Shown here: positions 1 through 11,035 of the stretch, piece by piece
Position numbering within the stretch: position 1 is the stretch's first letter
Layout: each line of letters starts with the position of its first letter
Assembly: GCF_006345805.1 (NCBI RefSeq)
Contig: NC_043009.1
Span: forward strand, 16,554,001 to 16,618,000
Length of the DNA: 64,000 nt
Reading direction: 5' to 3'
From: Octopus sinensis
Lineage: Eukaryota
Translations under genes and position numbers: made by a program
The notes under the pieces: generated by a model
Told to the model about the DNA's origin: nothing
Database searches by the model: none
What the model saw: only the letters and a program-made list of their open reading frames with translations

Positions 1-375
1 CATTTGACTGCGGCCATGCTGGAGCACCACATTTAGTCGAGCAAATCGACCCCGGGATTTATTCTTTGTAAGCCCAGTACTTATACTATCGGTCTCTTTT
101 GCCGAACCGTTAAGTGACGGAGACGTAAACATACCAGCATCGGTTGTCAAGCAATGCTAGGGGGACAAAAACAGACACACAAACACACACACATATATAC
201 ATACATATATACGACAGGCTTCTTTCAGTTTCCATCTACCAAATCCACTCACAAGGCATTGGTCGGCCTGGGGCTATAGCAGAAGACACTTGCCCAAGAT
301 GCCACGCAGTGGGACTGAACCCGGAACCATGTGGTTGGTTAGCAAGCTACTTACCACACAGCCACTCCTGCGCCT
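1..375 (-). mobile_element. tRNA-derived SINE, family A (3' end cut by window edge)
   Basis: Reverse complement of the ~370 bp element at 4281-4651 and 43105-43500; A-box-like TGGCTGTGTGG and B-box-like GGTTCAGTCC in the head; internal (TA)/(TG) microsatellite. Confidence 0.85.
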
Positions 376-609
376 ATGTATAGTAAAGATAATAAAATGT
401 AAATTTCAATTTTGATTGAACCCACAAAAATTCACTGTAAAAATTAGTAAAAATTAGTTCTGTAACTAATCTAATTTTTAATAAAACCTAATTGTATTTA
501 AACAAGTTATTTTATTGTCAGTTTTATTCTGTTTAATAAAATGGCTGGTAGACAAATGCAACACATCTGTGAAATTGTTTTTATATCAAACAAAGTCACC
601 ATCGTTATT

Positions 610-828
610 GGTTTCAAATTATGGCACAAGGCCAACAATTTTAGGGGAGTGGGTAAGTTGATTACATCCCCCCACCCCAGTACTCAACTGGTTTTGATTT
701 TATCAGTGGCAAAATGATGAAAGGCTAAGTTGACCCCAATGGCATTTGAATTCAGAATGTGAAGTCACAAGAAATGCCACTAAACATTTTTCTTCCCAGC
801 ACAGCAACAATTCTGTCAGTCACCGCCT
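610..828 (-). mobile_element. SINE family B copy (degenerate)
   Basis: Reverse complement similarity to 5350-5565 and 63015-63230 (ttctgagttcaaat...ctttgcctttcatc...aagtaccagtt...ctggggtc...ccttgtgcc). Confidence 0.65.
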
Positions 829-1132
829 TTCAAAGTCAACCTTATGATTATCATTGTTCTATGTCTATTTTCCCATGCTGGTATAGGTTTGACAGGTGTT
901 TTGAGAGAATGGTTTATAGCTGGATCCCCTTCTTGATGTTAACCCTTTTAGTCTTCTCTTTGAAGAAGTGTGGTTTATGTATACTAAAACTAGGACACAC
1001 AGGAGCTTTAAGAAAAATTATCTAAAAAAATGTAATTTACTGTCAGAAAAAACCTTGAACAAAAAGATTAATTGGGCATCAGATCAGATTCATAGAATAC
1101 TGTCATAAAGTGATATGCAGTACACGAGTCTC

Positions 1133-1340
1133 CTCCTTTGACACCAAACTACCTGAAATAGCTCTTAGTTCAATGAAGCAAATTCACTGTTTTAATATTT
1201 CATCAAAATTTTGTGTTAATTTATGTTCCAAACACCAGCTTAATCATAAAATTATTTTACTAAATTCTTTTTTTTTTTTTTCAAAAATTAACTCAAACAA
1301 AAGCAGTGTGTTTTGATAGAGATATGGTGTCAAAAAGGAT
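1133..1340. mobile_element. short MITE-like element with imperfect terminal inverted repeats
   Basis: CCTTTGACACCA near 1135 and TGGTGTCAAAAAGG near 1325-1338 enclose ~200 bp of AT-rich non-coding sequence. Confidence 0.45.
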
Positions 1341-1575
1341 AAAGTAGTTAAGGTGAAACTCTTAACAGATATATCTAGATTAAGTAGAAAGATTAGTCCA
1401 AGCCAGATTGTTGCGGGGCAAAGAACAAGGCTGACAGTTCAGAGATAACATAAGACAATGTTAATAAACTTTGCCACCCTTAAAACATTTCAGATGTCCA
1501 TAAAGGATTGGCTTTTGGTGACTGTACAAAGAGTTTTATTTTGTTAAACCCTTGAATTCAAGATGATGAGTCACT

Positions 1576-1920
1576 AAGCTACATGGTTCCAGGTTCCCAC
1601 TGCATGACACCTTGGGCATGTGTCTTCTACATAGCTTCGGGTCAACTAAAGCCTTGTGAGTGGAATTCATAGATGGAAACTGAAAGAAGCCCATTGTATA
1701 TAAATATGTGTTTGTTTTTGTGTCTGTTTTTGTCCCCCACCACCTCTTAACAACTGGTGTTGATATGTTTATGTCCCTGTTACTTAGTGGTTCAGCAAAA
1801 GAGACTGATAGAATAAGTGTGAGCTTTAAAAGATGTATACTGGGGTCGATTTGTACAGCTAAACTTCTTCATGGTGATGCCCCAGCATGGCCACAGCCTA
1901 ATGACTGAAACTAGTAAAAG
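1576..1920 (+). mobile_element. SINE family A copy (5'-degenerate)
   Basis: acatggttccagg...gccttgtgagtgga...gaaactgaaagaagccc...cagcatggccacag...gactgaaactagtaaaag, colinear with other copies. Confidence 0.8.
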
Positions 1921-1974
1921 ATTAACATGTGTTACTTCTTCTCTTATCTTATATTCCTCCTCTCTCAGTAATTC

Positions 1975-2607
1975 TTATTTATCCATCAATACTAAGCGTC
2001 GCCTAAACATCTTTCACCTGCGCTGCCTCCGGAAAATCCTCCGCATCAAATGGCAGAATCATATCCCCAACAAAGATGTCCTCAAGCAAGCAGGAATACC
2101 AAGCATGTTTGCACTCCTCACACAAAGACGTATGAGATGGCTTGGGCATGTTAGCCATATGAAAGATGGCAGAATCCCCAAGGACATACTCTACGGAGAG
2201 CTTGCTGGGGTACTAGGTCTGTGGGAAGACCGTTCTTACGTTACAAGGATGTTTGCAAAAGGGACATGAAGGCCTGCAACATCAATATTAGCGGTTGGGA
2301 AGCAGTTGCCAGCAACCATGGAGATTGGCGACGTACCGTAAAAAAGGGAATACAAAGGAGTGACAGAGAGAGAGAGGAGAAATGGAAAGACAAGAACAGA
2401 TGTCAACAAGAAATTATGACATTACAACCAGCCAGGAACAGTCTTCGCTACATTTGCGGTACCTGCCAGAGGGAGTGTTTGTCCAGGATAGGACTACACA
2501 GCCACAGCAGGAAATGTATCCGGACATGAGATGTAAAAGCCGGACTAGACTATTTTATGCGCAACTCCATTGTCTCCCGAGACAAAAAGGATGCCAACAC
2601 AACACAA
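1975..2607 (+). mobile_element. RTE-BovB-like LINE, 5'-truncated 3' end of ORF2 plus tail
   Basis: Frameshifted ORFs give RLNIFHLRCLRKILRIKWQ...RRMRWLGHVSHMKDGRIPKDILYGEL / GRPFLRYKDVCKRDMK...YICGTCQRECLSRIGLHSHSRKC, typical of the RTE-BovB C-terminus; ends in an atgccaacacaacacaa tail. Confidence 0.85.
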
Positions 2608-3061
2608 TTAACTAGTAAAATATTTCTTCACTCCTTAACTGGTTCCACCCGGATAGACTTCTAATAATTTATTTCACTGTTTAAACTTATTTGCATTATT
2701 TCACCCATACAAATCCTCACTTATTTCCTCAGGCAGAGCCCAACCTTCACAAAACTGCACCCAGTGAGCCCACGATAAATCAGTTACAATATTTCAACTG
2801 TTAACAGAAGTAGTAAGCCACACCTTTCCTTGTTCAAGGACGTTCACACAGCTACAAAAAAATGTGGCCTTGTCAAGCCTTCCCCCACCTGCAGCAATTT
2901 GAATTCATGTCCAAGAGGCATGGCTAAACTCACCTTTTGTTCAGAGCTGTACAACCTCTTGCTTCCTCTCCCCACTCCCCATCTTCTGCTGCTTAACTCA
3001 CCCACCTTTTTTATTTTCTTTTTCTTTGTTTCCTTGGTGAGAAAGTTATTAGTTACCTTTT

Positions 3062-3412
3062 ACCTTTTACTAGTTCCAGTCATTAGACTGCAGCCATGCT
3101 GGAGCACTGCCTTGAAAAATGTTTTAGTCAAATGAATTGACCCCAGTACTTATTTCTTTTTTTAAAGCCTGATACTTTTCCCGTTGATCTCTTTTTCCCT
3201 GAACTCTGAAGTTATGGGGATGTAAACATACCAACACCGGTTGTAAAGTGGTGGTTGGGGACAAACACACACACACAATGGGCTTCTTTCAGTTTCTGTC
3301 TACCAAATCCATTTGAGGCTTTGGTTGGCCCAAGGTGCTACACACAGTGGGACTGAACCCAGAACCACGTGGTTGGGAAGCAAACTTCTTACCTCACAGC
3401 CACACCTATGCC
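3062..3412 (-). mobile_element. SINE family A copy
   Basis: Reverse complement match to family A along its length, with an internal deletion. Confidence 0.8.
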
Positions 3413-4280
3413 TTTGGTTGTTTTTGTTTTTACTTGATAATTTAATCTTTTATGCTTTTAATGGGGCTTTTTTTTTTCCTGTGAAAATATGTTGTTAAAT
3501 TCATCTTCTAACACCCATCCTTCCAACAACCTTCTCACTGTGGTCCTTACTCACTAGGGTGCTATAAATGCTACCACTTATTCCTCTAAACTTCACATTG
3601 TATCCTTACCACTGTCCTTTATCCCCCCCTCCTCATCTTTGACTCATTCCTATTTTCTTTCCTTCATTTGTCCTCCTCCAAACTGTCCCCATCTCTCATC
3701 CTCTGCCACCCCATTTTCACTCTAGTGCACTTACCTACCCACCCACCTTTATGTCCCTCTAACCTTATTCTTTCTCTCATATTCACCTTGTACCATGACT
3801 TCACCCCCTCTCTCTCTCCCTCCCTCTCTCTCTCTCCCCATCCCAATCCATTCCAGATGGGAAGCCATGTGTTCCCCACTTCAACAAGTTGCCTGCTCCT
3901 GTTACTTTATCATATTTTTACATCTCTCAGTATTATGTCCCACTCAGTTGAGGGGGTCTTGCAAACACCAAGTGACCTCACCAGTGCTGGTGCCTCAAGA
4001 ATATAACTCTCAGTAAGCTCTATACAGCAGTTGGCATTAAGAAGGACATCCAGCTGTAGAAATCATACCTAAAACGACATTAGGGTTCGGCACATGCCCC
4101 TTGGCTTGTCAGTTCCTATCAAACTAGTCAACCTATGTCAGCTTTGTGGTATTTCAACCGTCTTTACATTCTAAGTTCAAATTCTGCCAAGGTTGACTTC
4201 ACCGAAATTGCTGGCCTTGTATCAAAATTTGAAACTAAATATTGGTGATATGTGTGTGTGTGTTTATATAAAGATATACA

Positions 4281-4651
4281 TAGGCATAGGAATGACTGTG
4301 TAGTAAATAGCTTGCTTACCAACCACATGGTTCCAGGTTCAGTCCCACCGCATGGCACCTTGGGCAAGTGTCTTCTAATATAGCCTCAGGCCGACCAAAG
4401 CCTTGTGAGTGGATTTGGTAGATGGAAACTGAAAGAAGCCCGTCATATGTATGTGTGTCTGTGTTTGTCCCCCCAACATCGCTTGACAACTGATGGTGGT
4501 GTGTTTATGTCCCCGTAACTTAGCGGTTTGGCAAAAGAGACCTATAGAATAAGTACTAGGCTTACAAAATAAGTCCTGGGGTCGATTTGCTTGACTAAAG
4601 GTGGTGCTCCAGCATGGCCACAGTCAAATGACTGAAACAAGTAAAAGAGTA
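4281..4651 (+). mobile_element. SINE family A, near full length
   Basis: tRNA-like head (gactgtgtagtaa...ggttcagtccc), body, and gactgaaacaagtaaaagagta tail. Confidence 0.88.
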
Positions 4652-4673
4652 TATAATGAAAATAAATACATAA

Positions 4674-4675
<2 letters not shown>

Positions 4676-4722
<47 letters not shown>
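4676..4722. repeat. (AC)n microsatellite
   Basis: Perfect AC run. Confidence 0.95.
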
Positions 4723-4727
<5 letters not shown>

Positions 4728-5349
4728 TGCAAATTAAATTATTGGTGTCTGTTAACTTAAAGGTTGCTATACACCAAATACTAAAGTGTGCTGTCACGTA
4801 GTCATAAACAACTCATAGATCTTAACACTATATATTGACATAGTGCGTTTTCCTCTCTAAGCTTTATGAACTTTCAGTTAACATTTATTTCCTGTTTGAT
4901 GTTGAATGTTAAGTAAATCTTGAAAATGATTTTAAGATAGTTTGGCATAAAACATAGACTTGAAAGCACTTGTTTTTGTCTGCTATGGAGTATAAAGATA
5001 AGTTTGATGATGTTTAAACATTTAATTGACATGTTTTATTCTTCAAACCTGCAGATAAGAAAGAGCAAATATATATATATACATAGATTTATTCATTTCA
5101 AGTTTACTTCTTTTACACATGTTTTTGGAGACACTGGTTTCCATATAAAACTAGTGATTTGCTGCTGTCCTATTGCACACATACACAATCTCTAATGACT
5201 CAGTCAACAAAAATATGTACAAAGCCACTTTCTTTATTGATATAGTTACAAACACAAGGCATTCATTGAAAACATGTCAGATAACCATAAAAGAAATTCC
5301 TTGCATAACTGGTATGGTGATTTGAAATAATAAAAACAACCGAGAAATA

Positions 5350-5565
5350 GGTGGCCAGCTCGCAGAAATGTTAGTATGCTGGGCGAAATGCTTAGTGGTA
5401 TTTCATCTGTCTTCACATTCTGAGTTCAAATTCCACCAAGGTCAACTTTGCCTTTCATCCTTTCGGGGTCCATAAATTAAGTACTAGTTGTGTACTGGGG
5501 TCAATCTAATCGACTGGCCCCCTCTTCAAAAATTTCTGGTCTTGTGCCTAGAGTAGAAAAAAGAA
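5350..5565 (+). mobile_element. SINE family B copy
   Basis: tRNA-like head with B-box-like GAGTTCAAATTCC; repeated at 8755-8915, 36630-36830(-), 51465-51670, 63015-63230 and 63425-63560. Confidence 0.75.
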
Positions 5566-5902
5566 CAATGGGAAATGAGAGGAATTCTTTTCTGTGTATT
5601 TTGACTAAATTCAATTCCATTAGTGACCGAAGATAACCATAATCTTCACTGATCTACATAACCAGTCAGTTTTCTAGTGTTGCTTCTGAAAGTACTTTTA
5701 TACATCTTACATATGACATAAGTCCCCTCAAATATAACACTTGGGAACCAAACATGTGCCTCTCATATAAGAACTAGTCTCCCTCATACTCTCATCTAAG
5801 ACCTGGTGGTGTTCTTTCTAAATTTATGATAGTTTCAACAGGGTCACATTCACTTCTACTCTATCCACGTTCTAGCTATTTTTTACTAAGATGAACTAAT
5901 AG

Positions 5903-6275
5903 ATGCAGGCTCAGCTGAGTGGTAAGAAGCTTGCTTCCCAATGACATGGATCCGGGTTCAGTCCCACTGCATGGCACCTTAGGCAAGTGTCTTCTACTAC
6001 AGCCTTGGGCTGACCAAAGCCTTGTGAGTAGATTTGGTAGACAGAAACTGCAAGAAGCCCATCATATGTGTATGTGTTTGTCCCCTACCACCGCTTAACA
6101 ACTGTTGTGTTTACATCCCTGTAACTTAATGGCTTAGCAAAAGGGACTGATAGAATAAGTACCAGGCTTAACATAAAAATAATAAATACTGGGGTCAACT
6201 CATTTGACTAACAACTCTTCAAGGCAGTGCTCCAGCATGGTTACAGCCTAATGACTGAAAAAAGTAAAAGATAAA
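5903..6275 (+). mobile_element. SINE family A copy
   Basis: Colinear with 4281-4651. Confidence 0.82.
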
Positions 6276-6651
6276 GGATAAGAAATCACATATTTAAGAA
6301 AGTAATAAAAAGGTGAGACATTTAGAAGTGTACAGTTTTTCTTTACCTCTGACACCAAGTATGATAATATTTTACCTAAAATCCATGCATACCTTCAACA
6401 ACCAGGACAACCCTACATTCCAAAAATGTTGTTAATATTCTGAACAGATTTCTTATCAGACCTTTCAATAATTTCCATCTACTTTGACCTATCCTGTATT
6501 TAACAACAGAAATAACTGAATTCAAGCAACAAAACAAATAAAAAAGTATATATCTTCTTCTTCCTCTTACTGTTGAGATAGTCAGTTGTTTACAGTAAAA
6601 GTTTATCTGTCGTTTTATTGTACTCTTTGACATATTTTCCTGAACTAAACT

Positions 6652-6828
6652 CATCATCATCATCATTTAACGTCTGTTTTCTATGCTGGCATGGGTTGGA
6701 CAGTTTGGCTGGAGCTTGTAAGGCCAGGGACTGCACCAGAGTCCATTGTCTGGTTTCTATGGCTGGATGCCCTTCCTAATGCCAACCACTCCTCAAAGTG
6801 TACTGGATGCTTTTATGTGGCACCAACC
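6652..6828 (-). mobile_element. RTE-clade LINE 3' terminus with (GAT)n tail
   Basis: (cat)n-tttaacgtc-ttttctatgctggcatgggttggac...ggatgcccttcctaatgccaaccact, the same end as the ORF-bearing copies at 21724-22477 and 37818-38812. Confidence 0.75.
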
Positions 6829-6889
6829 CCAATATTGCTGTTTATATATATATATATACATTTTGCCGTTTATATAGATATATATATAG

Positions 6890-7125
6890 TGAGCTTCCTT
6901 CAGTTTCCATCTACTAAATCCACTCGAAAAGTTTCCATCTACCAAATCCACTCAAAAGGTTGGCCCAAGGCTATAGTAGCAGACACCTACCCAAGATGCC
7001 ACATAGTGGGAGTGAACCCAGAACCATGTGGTTGGAAAGGAGACTTCTTACCGCATAGCTACACCTGTACTTTACTCTTTTATTTGTTTCAGTCATTTGA
7101 CTGCAGCCATGCTGGAGCACTGCCT
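6890..7125 (-). mobile_element. rearranged partial SINE family A
   Basis: Head and tail fragments of family A on the minus strand. Confidence 0.65.
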
Positions 7126-7384
7126 GCAATTTTATATAAATAATACAATGTCTCTTCTTTTATCAAATGCTAATGTATATTGAGCTAAGCAACTCTATTT
7201 ACTGAATATCATTTTCACAGCAAAAATGTGTTGGGTAAGAAAATTTGGGATGTCGGTAGGATTAGGGTGTGCAATGTTGACCTCTCCACTTCACTGCCAA
7301 ATTTTTGTGCAGCAACTGCTCAGATACTTTAATTATTTTCTTATTTTCTCTATATTATTGTTTTTTTTTGTTTTTTTTTTCCAG

Positions 7385-7465
7385 TTCCGTCAGGTAATGA
7401 AACAATGTATGAAGCAGAAGACAAAAGCAAAACTCTGGTAGAAGGAAATTCTAATACTTTAGTGG
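7385..7465 (+). CDS. internal coding exon (juxtamembrane ectodomain) of an unidentified type I membrane protein
   Basis: Long polypyrimidine tract plus CCAG acceptor; GTAAGT donor at 7466; 81 nt, phase 1-1; reads xPSGNETMYEAEDKSKTLVEGNSNTLV with an N-E-T sequon; joins in frame to the next exon. Confidence 0.8.
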
Positions 7466-7649
7466 GTAAGTTAATTAACAAAAACAATCAACTCTTTATT
7501 TATTAGTTTATCTCACTTTTAGTTCTTATGAGTTACATTTACTGTCTGTATGGCTATCTCATATGTTTGATATATCTGTACTTGTACTTTTGTGTAGGCA
7601 GATTGTACTCTGAAAATTCATGTAAATATCAATTGTAAATCAACTGAAA

Positions 7650-7844
7650 TCATCATCATCATCATCATCGTTTAGCGTCCGCTTTCCATGCTGGCATGGG
7701 TTGGACGGTGCAACTGGGGTCTGTGAAGCCAGAAGGCTGCACCAGGCCCAGTCTGATCTGGCAATGTTTCTACGGCTGGATACCCTTCCTAACGCCAACC
7801 ACTCTGTGAGTGTAGTGGGTGCTTTTTACGTGCCACCGGCACCA
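7650..7844 (-). mobile_element. RTE-clade LINE 3' terminus (intronic)
   Basis: (cat)n cgtttagcgtccgctttccatgctggcatgggttggac..., matching the other copies. Confidence 0.8.
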
Positions 7845-8110
7845 AAAAAAGTAAAAGTGGTTGTAAAAATGCCCCAAAATCAAACATTTCTTCCTTTTAC
7901 CCATGAATGGGGCAGCACTTTTAAAGAGCTAATTGTTATTCTAAATGGAATATAACCAAAGTTTCAGTAGAATCTGTTCTCACTGAGCCAAGCAGAGTTA
8001 TATATCAATACTTCTTGTAGCTAGATTCGAAGTCATGACCGTGTTGTTCATTTTGTGACTATCTACAGTTTTATAATGCTTAAAGAATGTTTTTTTTTTT
8101 TTGCTTTCAG

Positions 8111-8189
8111 TTGTTTTATTGGTGATGGGATGCACTTTCCTGTTTGCCTTTTTCCTCAGTTTTGTTGCTGTTCTCTACAGATATCACCG
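8111..8189 (+). CDS. transmembrane-helix exon of the same gene
   Basis: T-tract plus TTTCAG acceptor; GTGAGT donor at 8190; 79 nt, phase 1-2; VVLLVMGCTFLFAFFLSFVAVLYRYH(R), a hydrophobic span followed by basic residues. Confidence 0.85.
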
Positions 8190-8754
8190 GTGAGTTTTTC
8201 TTCTTATTTTCCCTTCATTAATTTATTAAACATCTGCATCACACCAGCACAGAAACCTCATCATAGTTTTTAACCTATTGGAAATAGCAACCAAATCTCT
8301 GTCACATCACACTGTATCATCATTTCAAAATGACAGTCTACATTATATAACATATTACTAGATATCTCATGCCTGAAAAAGCAGACCTGGTGTTGATCAT
8401 GACTTTTGATCATAGGTTTGCTCAATCTGGGCTGATTTGGAGCTAATTTGTACAGTCGTTTAACCCTAGATCGGAGCTGATCAAGCAGATCTATAATGAA
8501 GTGTTCCAACCGAGACCAACCCATCTTTTTATACATCTATGACTACATTTTCCAATGTCTTACAGTGTTTTTAAGATGATAGCGTGATTTGAAGGAGAGT
8601 TGACTTCTATTTTTATCAATTGATTAACCTGATTAGGGTGATAAACTCTGATTAGGAAGGCATGAACAAAACTACTCCAACCATAACCATAAGTACAAGT
8701 TTAGCACTGAAGTTGATGTAATCAACTAACCCAATCCCTTTGAAATTTCTTGCA

Positions 8755-9299
8755 AGCTGGGCAAAGTATTTCGTGGCATTTCTTCCAGTTCAATGTTGTG
8801 AGTTCAAATGCCACTGCAGATGAGCTGACATTTCGGGATTAATAAACTAAAGTACCAGTTGAACACAGGTCTATGTGCCCTGAAATTGCTGGCCTTGTGC
8901 CAAAATTTGAAATCATTATATTAACAGTGCTAATAGGCACAAGCAGAGCCGTGTGGGAAGAAGCTTGCTTCCCAACCACATGGTTCTGGGTTCAGTCCCA
9001 CTGCATGGCACCTTGGGCAAGTGTCTTCTATTCTAGCCTTGGGTCGACTTATGAGTGGATTTTGTAGACATAAACTAAAAGAAGCCTATCATATGTGTTT
9101 GTCCGCCCCCACCCCACTGCTTGACAACCATTGTTGGTGTGTTTATGTCCCAGTAACTCAGCAGTTCAGCAAAAAAGACCAATGGAATAAGTGCTAGGCT
9201 TAAGAGAAAGTAAGTCCTGGGATCAATTTGTTCAACTAAAACCCTTCAAGGCAGTGCCCCAATATGACCACAGTTAAATGACTGAAATAAGTAAAAGAG
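8755..9299 (+). mobile_element. SINE family B fragment followed by a SINE family A copy (8934-9299)
   Basis: Matches to both families. Confidence 0.75.
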
Positions 9300-9719
9300 G
9301 ATGCTTTATTGTTGAAAACTGGGTTTTGGGATCTACTTTAGCTACATTCTTTACAACAAATACCATTTTGTTAATTTTCTCTAAACTTTTCTTTAACTAA
9401 AAGTTAAATTTGTAAAGTAAAATCAAAATGTTTTTTCAACTTATGGAGAACACATTGCTAGTGGTTTAGTGGTCTGCTAACCTGGGGCTAAACGACTCAC
9501 AGTGTTTCTGCCTACCACTGACTCTGGCTTGTAATCTCAGTAACCTCTTCATATTATTATCTGTAATGAATTAAAACAGCATTTAACATATCAAATCATC
9601 AACTTTGACCCACAAACCCTTACTACATTGGATTGTATTTCCATGCCTGACTAACAAAAATTATCTGCAAAAATATAATCTTTTATTAGTGACTAAATAG
9701 TTTGTTTCTCCTTTTCCAG

Positions 9720-9915
9720 CCGTAAGACTGCTGAATACCAGCGTGCTGCACAGGCCCATATAACATCAACACGTAATGCTGGCATCTACATGGACCTTGC
9801 TATGGATTCTCCAATGTCTAAATCTGGCTTACCTATTGGTGCACCAATCTATAATTCATTGAAGAAACATCCAGAACAGTATACATTTGTATCAGATGAT
9901 GAACTTGACTTATAA
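9720..9915 (+). CDS. terminal coding exon: cytoplasmic tail of the type I membrane protein
   Basis: ttgtttctccttttccAG acceptor; phase 2 fits the previous exon; RKTAEYQRAAQAHITSTRNAGIYMDLAMDSPMSKSGLPIGAPIYNSLKKHPEQYTFVSDDELDL then TAA at 9913-9915. Confidence 0.85.
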
Positions 9916-10654
9916 ACCAAACATAAATATATTTGTTGATTTCTGTAACCACTGTCATGTTTTTTAATCCAGAATTCTTGTGAAATGGATTGAGATTTTA
10001 ATAAGAACTTCTGGTAATCAATCACACAGCTCATTCCAAACTAATATGGCCAAAATCCCTATTGTGTTGGACATTGTACTACATATTCCAAGTTCTGAAC
10101 TGTATCACCATCAGCTTAAAATAGTGTCATTGTGAGATTCCTCTAAGTTTTGGAGTTTGGTTGGTTTTTGTATTCTCCTGGATTAGTGATGACTGGGTAT
10201 CAGACTCTACAACAACAACAACTGTAGGAAACATATCTGTTAATTAAATAATCAACTTAAATTATCAATTAATTATGCACTAAACATCACACTATGTTAT
10301 ATCTGTAGTATGAGGCAAGCTAAACTTTTGGTGGGGGATTTTTGAACACATAGGACCTGTCCCTATGTTGTAACAAACAAATGTTGTTTTCTTTCTGCCG
10401 ATAGATAAGATCTACCTGGTTTGTTTCAAATCTTGTTTGATTTACATCAGTGGGAGAATATCATTCAATTTGCTCAAGGAAAGAAACATAGCTAATAGCT
10501 ATGTATAACAACTAAATGTAGTGAAACATTGTAGGCACCAATCAATTATTTTGATTTGCATTATGTATTTCTTTCTATGGACAAATCAAATGGTATTCAA
10601 TTTCTGATAGAAGAATTGAAATTGGTCAGGTAGAATGTTTGTGTGTCCTCAAGT

Positions 10655-11035
10655 GTAGGTGTGACTATGTTATTTGGAAGCTTACTTCCTAACTGTGTGT
10701 TTTCAAGTTCAGTCCTACTATGTTGAGACCTTCAACAAGTATCTACAGGCCTGGGCCAGCCAAAGTCTTAAGAGTGGATTTGGTTGACAGAAACTGAAAG
10801 AAGCCCATCATGTATATACACATATGTTTGTGAGCAGCCTCGTCTTGACATTACAAGATGGTTGTTAAATGAACATCATTGTCATGCAAGTGGTGTTGTT
10901 AATCTCCAATCTTCCTTGGAAATACATCTGGCCCTTGGAAAATATTACTTTACTTGTAAAGGGCATCCGGCTGTAGAAAATGTGTCTCAACCCATGAAAT
11001 CATGGAGAATTGAACAATAAAACAACGAAGAGGTG
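10655..11035 (+). mobile_element. old SINE with family A head and RTE-LINE-like tail
   Basis: Family A head to ~10815, then a tail aagggcatccggctgtagaaa...acccatg...catgga like the RTE 3' end. Confidence 0.55.

Noticed and set aside
7701-7955. Recurrent short ORFs such as LDALPNANHS and EPCGW
   Set aside because: Incidental frames within LINE 3' UTRs and SINEs.
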